Source: a virus
Length of the DNA stretch: 48,884 bases
Direction: 5' to 3' (one strand)
Virus record (IMG/VR): IMGVR_UViG_3300045988_153650
Coordinates: 1-48,884 of that record
Position numbers and translations under genes: made by a program. The notes below the pieces were generated by a model. It had not been told where the DNA came from. It saw nothing but the letters and a program-made list of their open reading frames with translations, and searched no databases. Shown piece by piece: positions 43,643 through 48,884 of the stretch. Within the stretch, counting starts at the first letter, position 1. Every line of letters starts with the position of its first letter.

Positions 43643-44374
43643 ATGAGTTATACAATTGTAGATAATGAAATAATTAGAGCAGATTTAAAAGCTACACCGA
43701 AAATAGTCTTAATATCTATATTAAGTTATCATAACAAAGAAAAGGGATACTCTTATCCAAGTCATAGTGATTTGATGCGAGATTGTTGCATAAAAGATAA
43801 GAATACACTTATAAAAGCTATAAAAGAACTAGAAAATTTAGGATATTTAAGAAAAGAAACTATTAAAGGGGTTGGGAATAGGTATTATGTTAAAGGTGTT
43901 GTGAAAAACAATACTACTGAAAAAATAAGTAGTGTGAAAAACCCAACTACACCAGTAGGAAAAACCCAACTGGAGGTGTATGAAAAACCCAACACAATAA
44001 ATACTAAAACAAATACTAAAACAAATATTAATAATAAAAAGAAACAAATATACAAAGATTTATCTTTTATAGATTTAAGCTTAGTAAAAGTAACAGAAGA
44101 AGAGTATACCAAGTTAATTGAGTTAGCGAAAGGTGATAGCGAATTAATACATGATAAAATGCTAAGTTTGGAAGTAGGGATAGCTAACAAGAAAAAAAAG
44201 TATTTAGGATATAAAAATCATTATTTAACATTGAGGCAATGGATAAATAAAGATAACAAAAAAACACCTACTGCAATAGGTGCTGAAAATAAAAATATTA
44301 AAGTTAATCCTAGTATATGCAAACAAGTAAATAAATATACTCAAGAAGTTGAAATTGGGGGTTGGGGTGTATGA
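43643..44374 (+). CDS. Replication initiator / replisome organizer (N-terminal winged helix, DnaD-like C-terminus)
   Basis: LISILSYHNKEKGYSYPSHSDLMRDCCIKDKNTLIKAIKELENLGYL; iterons within the linker; followed by the primase-helicase. Confidence 0.65.
   Translation: MSYTIVDNEIIRADLKATPKIVLISILSYHNKEKGYSYPSHSDLMRDCCIKDKNTLIKAIKELENLGYLRKETIKGVGNRYYVKGVVKNNTTEKISSVKNPTTPVGKTQLEVYEKPNTINTKTNTKTNINNKKKQIYKDLSFIDLSLVKVTEEEYTKLIELAKGDSELIHDKMLSLEVGIANKKKKYLGYKNHYLTLRQWINKDNKKTPTAIGAENKNIKVNPSICKQVNKYTQEVEIGGWGV
43901..43993 (+). repeat. Iterons inside the initiator gene: GTGAAAAACAATACTACT, GTGTGAAAAACCCAACT, GGAAAAACCCAACTGG, TGAAAAACCCAAC
   Basis: Four same-orientation copies; same core as 9907-10022. 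Confidence 0.8.
43996..44030 (+). repeat. AT-rich tandem repeat AAATACTAAAAC x2 next to the iterons
   Basis: Read directly; encodes NTKTNTKTN. Confidence 0.7.
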
Positions 44375-46176
44375 ATTTGAAAAATATAATTGATGATATA
44401 AAAAAATATATAGATGCTGAACAAGTTAAAAATAAAATAGCTACTGATTTAGGATTAAAATTTAAAAATAATAAATGTTTATGTTTTTTACATTCTGAAA
44501 GTAATCCAAGCATGAGTTTTGATGTTAAAAAGAAAAAATTCAAATGTTTTTCATGTGGTCAAAGCTATGACATATTTAATCATTATCAACAATACTATAA
44601 GTTATCATTCCTAGAGGCTGCAAAATCCATTGTAAGAGATTTTAATTTAAATATAGATGTAACTATCAACGAGTCAGATAGAAAACCTAAAAAACCTCCT
44701 ACAAAGCACAAGAGTTATAATGATGCAATATTAAATTATTGCAATAAAAGAAGCATATCAAAAGCTACATTAGATTATGTTGGAGTTAAGGGGAATTTTA
44801 ACAATAAAGATGGAAATAGTGTATGTTTTGAATATAGAAATGAATTAGGAGAACATTTATGTAATAAGTATAGATTTACTTCCAAAAATGCTAATCCTAA
44901 AATGAAATTTGAAGAAGGTACTAATGTAAATACTTTATTCAATATGGATAAGGTGAATATATCAGAGCCTTTATTAATAACAGAAGGTGAATTTGATTGT
45001 TTAAGTGCTATAGAGGCAGGCTTTAAAAATGCAGTATCAATACCAAGTGGAGTAAATTCAACAAATCAATGGATTACAAGTAACTGGACTTTTATTGAAC
45101 AGTTTGAAGAAGTAATTATATGGTTTGATAATGATGAGCCTGGAATAAAAGGTGCTAGAGAAGTGTTTAATAGACTTCCGAATAATTCAGTTAAAATAGT
45201 TAGATGTGAAGTAGCTAATGATATAAATGAATTATTGCACAAGTATGGGAAGTTAGCAGTATTAAAACAAATAGAAAAAGCTTCTACGCCTACACTAGAA
45301 GGTGTTGCAACACTTGATATGATAGAGGACTTTGATGTACATGAAGCAGAAACTCTTAAAACTGGTATAGATTACATTGATGATAAGCTTGTAGGGATGG
45401 TGTTTGGAAGTCTTAATGTTTTAAGTGGTAGAAATGGTAGCGGTAAATCAACTATATTAAATCAAATATATATTGCAGAAGCTATTACTCAAGGCTATAA
45501 AACATTTTTATTTAGTGGCGAGTTAATAGGGGGGAATGTTAAGTACTGGCTACTTCAAACTTTAGCTAATGAAGAACAATTTGCAGAATATACTGCTAAA
45601 GATGGTCATAAATATAAAAAAGTTACAATTCAAGCAAAAGAAAAAATAGTTAATGATATGAAGGATAGGTTTTTCTTATATGATAGTGATGATTATAGAA
45701 TTGAAGCTATAATTGAGAAAATGACTATCTTAGCTAAAAGATATGGAGTAAGAGTATTTGTCATAGATAATCTTATGACTATTGAAAGTAGTTTGAAAGA
45801 TAAATATGAAGCTGAAACTGATATAGTTAAAAAACTAAAAAACTTTGCTAAAAAATATAATGCAATAGTTCATTTAGTTGCACATCCTAGAAAATCGATA
45901 AATGAAACTATAAGCAAAGATGATGTAGCAGGTAGTGCTAATATAACAAATTTAGCCGACTATGTAACTGTAATAGAAAGAAACTTTGATAAAGATAAAG
46001 AGTATGATGCTTCTTTAAATATATTGAAGAACAGACATACAGGCGTAAATGTTGAAATGAAGCTAAAGTTTAGCATTGAAAGAAAGAGATTTTATAGCCC
46101 TAGTTTGAATGAATTAAGCAAAAGATATTTAGATGATTTTGAACAAGTAGAAATTGATGAATGGGAAAATATATAG
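44371..46176 (+). CDS. Bifunctional primase-helicase (zinc finger + TOPRIM + DnaB/RecA-like ATPase)
   Basis: CLCFLHSESNPS...CFSCG zinc finger; TEGEFDCLS TOPRIM; Walker A GRNGSGKST; Walker B VFVIDNL. Confidence 0.85.
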   Translation: MNLKNIIDDIKKYIDAEQVKNKIATDLGLKFKNNKCLCFLHSESNPSMSFDVKKKKFKCFSCGQSYDIFNHYQQYYKLSFLEAAKSIVRDFNLNIDVTINESDRKPKKPPTKHKSYNDAILNYCNKRSISKATLDYVGVKGNFNNKDGNSVCFEYRNELGEHLCNKYRFTSKNANPKMKFEEGTNVNTLFNMDKVNISEPLLITEGEFDCLSAIEAGFKNAVSIPSGVNSTNQWITSNWTFIEQFEEVIIWFDNDEPGIKGAREVFNRLPNNSVKIVRCEVANDINELLHKYGKLAVLKQIEKASTPTLEGVATLDMIEDFDVHEAETLKTGIDYIDDKLVGMVFGSLNVLSGRNGSGKSTILNQIYIAEAITQGYKTFLFSGELIGGNVKYWLLQTLANEEQFAEYTAKDGHKYKKVTIQAKEKIVNDMKDRFFLYDSDDYRIEAIIEKMTILAKRYGVRVFVIDNLMTIESSLKDKYEAETDIVKKLKNFAKKYNAIVHLVAHPRKSINETISKDDVAGSANITNLADYVTVIERNFDKDKEYDASLNILKNRHTGVNVEMKLKFSIERKRFYSPSLNELSKRYLDDFEQVEIDEWENI

Positions 46177-46184
46177 GAGGTAAA

Positions 46185-46343
46185 ATGGGAAGATTAGAAA
46201 AAAGTCAATGGGGACACAATATAAATAACGAACTTAAATACGCATATGAAAAAGCATATAAAGAAGCTGAAGTTAAAAATATAAGTATGAGCAAAGAAGA
46301 ATTTGACAAATATATAAAAGAATTAGAAATGAAGAATAGATGA
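46185..46343 (+). CDS. Hypothetical protein (52 aa)
   Basis: ATG after AGGAGG. Confidence 0.5.
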   Translation: MGRLEKSQWGHNINNELKYAYEKAYKEAEVKNISMSKEEFDKYIKELEMKNR

Positions 46344-46360
46344 AAAAATAGGGGGATAAG

Positions 46361-46540
46361 ATGATGATAAGCCTAACTGAATATGAAATGATTTTAATTA
46401 GAGAGTGTCTGAATAATACTTTGAAGGACATTGAAGCAGAAAATTCAAGACTTAATAAAAGATTTTCGGAAAGAGCAATCCTAGGTCTTGAAAAAGATTT
46501 ACTTTCTATAATTAAGAAGATTCAAGGAGAGATTGAATAA
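46361..46540 (+). CDS. Hypothetical protein (59 aa)
   Basis: GGGGGA RBS. Confidence 0.45.
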   Translation: MMISLTEYEMILIRECLNNTLKDIEAENSRLNKRFSERAILGLEKDLLSIIKKIQGEIE

Positions 46541-46701
46541 TGAATGATAAATGTAATAATAAAACTTGCATATATTATAAAACTTGCTTAATAGATAATT
46601 TTAACAGGGATAAAAAGTGTACTGGAAATTTAAGTATTAAAAATCCAGCACATCCTAATTATCAAGCTATTACAAGGGGTAATGATGAAAAAAAGGAGTA
46701 G
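46540..46701 (+). CDS. Mini-protein (53 aa)
   Basis: Start overlaps the upstream stop; CNNKTC..C..C. Confidence 0.4.
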   Translation: MNDKCNNKTCIYYKTCLIDNFNRDKKCTGNLSIKNPAHPNYQAITRGNDEKKE

Positions 46702-46709
46702 ATACACAA

Positions 46710-46919
46710 ATGACAAGTAGTGTTATTAAAGATAGAGATAAATTAATTAGTGAATATGAAAAACTAATAGACAGACTTTATAAGGCAGAAAAATGGGCTA
46801 GTGATAATGACTATGCTTGGGAGTTTGTAAAGGCTTCTAAGTACAAAATATGGCACGAGAGAGATAATATAATAAAAGAAATAGAATTTGCGAGAGAATT
46901 ACTAGGCTTACCAAATTAG
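46710..46919 (+). CDS. Hypothetical protein
   Basis: AAGGAG RBS. Confidence 0.6.
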   Translation: MTSSVIKDRDKLISEYEKLIDRLYKAEKWASDNDYAWEFVKASKYKIWHERDNIIKEIEFARELLGLPN

Positions 46920-46932
46920 GTAAGTCTTTTTT
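46905..46932 (+). terminator. Rho-independent terminator
   Basis: ggcttacc-aaatta-ggtaagtc followed by T6. Confidence 0.7.
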
Positions 46933-46981
46933 ATTGTCAAAATAAGGCGAACGAAAGTTGGAATAAATATATATGTACATA

Positions 46982-47010
46982 CATACATACGCATAATTTT
47001 GTGGTATAAT
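46982..47010 (+). promoter_or_regulatory. Extended -10 promoter (TGgTATAAT) whose -35 region lies in an (ACAT)3.5 microsatellite
   Basis: gtacatacatacatacgcataattttgtggtataat. Confidence 0.5.
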
Positions 47011-47040
47011 ATAGTTATAAGGCAGTTAAGAGGTGAACAA

Positions 47041-47175
47041 ATGAAAACAAATAAAAATATAAGTATAGATATTGAAATATTAAAAGAAATGCTTGAGTAT
47101 TGTGAAAGATACAATGTTTCTTTTAGTAAGTTAGTAGTAGACTTATGGACTTATTTTAAAAAGAAAAACAAGTAG
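47041..47175 (+). CDS. Ribbon-helix-helix (CopG-like) mini-protein (44 aa)
   Basis: ISIDIEILKEMLEYCERYNVSFSKLVVDLW; AGGTGA RBS. Confidence 0.5.
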   Translation: MKTNKNISIDIEILKEMLEYCERYNVSFSKLVVDLWTYFKKKNK

Positions 47176-47185
47176 GGGGATTAAT

Positions 47186-47320
47186 GTGCTAGAAGAAGCT
47201 AGGGAGTTAATGATTAAATTTATTGAAACTTATGGGTTTAATGGCGAGGTAACGATAGCATCTAGTGTTTTAGTTGATAAAATATTAAATAAAGAGGGGG
47301 AGAAAAAGTGTCAAGTGTAG
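47186..47320 (+). CDS. Spo0E-like aspartyl-phosphate phosphatase family candidate (44 aa)
   Basis: GTG start after GGGGGA; LEEARELMIKFIETYGFNGEVTIASSVLVDKIL parallels the Spo0E/YisI pattern I..R..L......G....TI..SQELD.LI. Confidence 0.45.
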   Translation: MLEEARELMIKFIETYGFNGEVTIASSVLVDKILNKEGEKKCQV

Positions 47321-47640
47321 CAGATATTGTTTACAATCATATAGTTTGCAGCAAAGGTGATGAAATTGTATCTATAAAATTAGATTATAATGAAAACTTA
47401 GTGCATATACTCACTCAATATATGTATAAAAGTGCTAACAAAACTTTTAAAAGCTTGATAGAAAAAGAAGAAGCTGAAAAGAAAGCTAAATTTAATAGTG
47501 TTATACTTATGCCACACTTCTTGAAGGAAAGTAGAAAATGGGAAAATAAAATAGGAATACCTTTAAAATATTGGTCAGAAGCAGAACATATAAAGTTTAA
47601 AGCATATTTTATGAAAAAGTATGAAGGGTTAGTAAAATGA
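47308..47640 (+). CDS. Hypothetical protein
   Basis: GTG start after AGAGGGGGAG. Confidence 0.55.
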   Translation: MSSVADIVYNHIVCSKGDEIVSIKLDYNENLVHILTQYMYKSANKTFKSLIEKEEAEKKAKFNSVILMPHFLKESRKWENKIGIPLKYWSEAEHIKFKAYFMKKYEGLVK

Positions 47641-47720
47641 TGAGGTTATTAGTTTTAGGAATAACTTGTTATTTAATGCTTGAACTAGCAATAATATTAG
47701 CAGAAAAGGAAGGTAAATAA
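47637..47720 (+). CDS. Small hydrophobic peptide (27 aa)
   Basis: ATGA overlap; LLVLGITCYLMLELAIILA. Confidence 0.3.
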   Translation: MMRLLVLGITCYLMLELAIILAEKEGK

Positions 47721-47722
47721 AT

Positions 47723-48124
47723 ATGAATAAAATAATAATTAGTGGTCGTTTAGTTAGAGATGCAGAATTAAGTTATATAGCTTCTACTTCTACACCTAAA
47801 ATGAATTTTTCTTTAGCAGTAGAAAGAGCATATCAAAAGGATAAAAATAATAAAAAAGTTGATTTTATAAATTGCGAACAACTTGGGAAGCACGTTGAAA
47901 ACTTATGTCAGTATGTAACAAAAGGAAAGCAAATATTAGTAGAGGGCGAGTTAAACATTGATAATTATGAAAAAGACGGAGAAAAGCGTTCATTTACTAA
48001 AGTAAAAGTTGATAGATTAGAGTTTTTAAGTGGGAATTCTAATGCTAATACTGAAAATAAGCAAAATAATGAATATAAGATAGAAGAATTTAATGATTTT
48101 GATGAGGATGAAATACCGTTTTAA
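47723..48124 (+). CDS. ssb: Single-stranded DNA-binding protein
   Basis: OB-fold N-terminus MNKIIISGRLVRDAEL; acidic tail DEDEIPF. Confidence 0.9.
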   Translation: MNKIIISGRLVRDAELSYIASTSTPKMNFSLAVERAYQKDKNNKKVDFINCEQLGKHVENLCQYVTKGKQILVEGELNIDNYEKDGEKRSFTKVKVDRLEFLSGNSNANTENKQNNEYKIEEFNDFDEDEIPF

Positions 48125-48143
48125 TGAGTAGGGGGGGAGTATT

Positions 48144-48506
48144 ATGAATTGTAAATGTAATTATTGTGTGCATGGCTACACTACAATACTTTCGGAAACT
48201 GGTATGGGATGTAATAATTTGAATTTATGTACAGATAATAGTTCATTTAAACCAACAAAGGAGTGGATTGAAATGACTGATAGAATCAAGAAGGAAAATA
48301 AAGAAATGGTTAATCACCCTTCTCATTATAATAAAGGGAAATATGAAGCTATTGAAGTTATCGAAGATTGGCAACTTAACTTTAATCTTGGAAATACAGT
48401 AAAGTACATTGCTAGAGCAGGTCATAAAGACGACACAATACAAGACTTGAAGAAAAGTCTTTGGTATTTGCAAAGAGAAATTGATAGATTAGAAAAAGGG
48501 GAGTAA
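48144..48506 (+). CDS. DUF3310-family protein with Cys-rich N-terminal extension
   Basis: VNHPSHYNKGKYEAIEVIEDW...GNTVKYIARAGHK...DLKKSLWYLQREI. Confidence 0.75.
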   Translation: MNCKCNYCVHGYTTILSETGMGCNNLNLCTDNSSFKPTKEWIEMTDRIKKENKEMVNHPSHYNKGKYEAIEVIEDWQLNFNLGNTVKYIARAGHKDDTIQDLKKSLWYLQREIDRLEKGE

Positions 48507-48508
48507 TT

Positions 48509-48884
48509 ATGAAAGTAACTGTAACTCATTTGATGGGAACTAATAGAGAAATAGCAGACTATGCTAGGACTACAATAGGATTAAATGGCGGAGATAAAAA
48601 AGTATCAGATGAATACATGAGAAAATTATATTTATGCGAACATAGTCCTATCAGAAATCAATGGTATAAAATTAGATTTGAAGATATTCCATATTGTATA
48701 GGTATGCACTTTGCTAGGCACAAAATAGGAGTTGAACATTTTTTCTCGACTCAAAGAAGTGATAGAACTGGAATTGACAGAAGTGAAAGAAAACAAACAG
48801 ATCCAGTTTTATATGAAATGGTAGCTAATGCACAAGCAATTATAACTATAAGCAGAAAAAGACTTTGTAATTGTGCAGATAAAG
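48509..48884 (+). CDS. ThyX-like protein, N-terminal part (continues at base 2 across the circular junction)
   Basis: GGGGAG RBS; CEHSPIR...FARHKIGVEHFFSTQRSDR resembles the ThyX RHR-x7-S...SQRY motif. Confidence 0.55.
   Translation, partial: MKVTVTHLMGTNREIADYARTTIGLNGGDKKVSDEYMRKLYLCEHSPIRNQWYKIRFEDIPYCIGMHFARHKIGVEHFFSTQRSDRTGIDRSERKQTDPVLYEMVANAQAIITISRKRLCNCADK
48766..48884. repeat. Right copy of 119-bp terminal direct repeat
   Basis: Identical to bases 1-119. Confidence 0.95.

Noticed and set aside
1386-48473. Antisense or alternate-frame track ORFs nested in longer genes: 1386-1679(-), 2687-2896(-), 8386-8577(-), 10728-10934(-), 13997-14269(-), 14982-15176(-), 17473-17688(-), 21007-21234(-), 21207-21491(+), 22512-22868(-), 24259-24660(-), 28494-28724(+), 29954-30256(+), 31096-31296(-), 32674-32883(-), 34031-34228(-), 34822-35025(-), 35015-35248(-), 38943-39128(-), 40012-40194(-), 42858-43100(-), 43847-44047(-), 43885-44190(-), 44310-44543(-), 46908-47114(-), 48243-48473(-)
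   Set aside because: They have no RBS and show low-complexity I/L/F/S/K-rich translations typical of shadow frames in AT-rich DNA. Each overlaps a better-supported gene or a regulatory region on the other strand or frame.
1-48884. Genome-wide stop-codon reassignment (TGA or TAA read as sense), prompted by the in-frame continuations at 9648 and 11550
   Set aside because: Standard-code ORFs tile the genome with tight start/stop coupling. TGA also terminates other well-delimited genes (for example 1249, 13480, 20126, and 28991 on the minus strand). TAA is the dominant stop. Only local readthrough or error remains plausible.

Overview
The window is a complete, circularly closed phage genome. Bases 1-119 are identical to 48766-48884, so the unique length is 48,765 bp. 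It is very AT-rich and looks like a Firmicutes/Clostridia-type contractile-tailed phage.

Gene layout:
- 3.8-27.1 kb (+): late activator, terS/terL, portal, Mu-F/gp7-like head protein, scaffold, capsid, neck, then a PBSX-order tail module (sheath, tube, frameshifted chaperone, tape measure, LysM, XkdQ-U-like baseplate, fibres), then a BhlA-like holin and an Amidase_3 endolysin.
- 27.6-30.5 kb (-): a leftward operon of about 11 mini-genes.
- 30.6-32.2 kb: a plasmid-like origin with adjacent Rep-like ORFs.
- 32.2-48.9 kb (+): early genes. These include TnpB, an FtsK-like ATPase, a PAPS-reductase-like protein, Rad52/Sak, an ERCC4-type nuclease, an initiator, a primase-helicase, SSB, DUF3310, and a ThyX-like gene that wraps the junction.

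Most notable observations:
1. A DnaA-box + 23-bp iteron + AT-tract origin next to Rep-like ORFs. I recognise no integrase anywhere, which suggests a phage-plasmid.
2. A second, unrelated iteron family at two loci: inside the initiator gene, and 34 kb away between head genes. This resembles the SPP1 oriL/oriR arrangement.
3. A group I intron with a GIY-YIG homing endonuclease splitting the tape-measure gene.
4. An in-frame TGA inside the conserved motif of the head-morphogenesis gene.
5. An intact TnpB with a structured 3' tail.
6. A DUF2829 (Tad2-like) ORF in the neck module.
7. Candidate sporulation modulators (Spo0E-like, Myb/RsfA-like).

All product calls come from motifs read by eye and recalled family signatures. 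No database or HMM search was possible, and start codons were chosen from RBS context.
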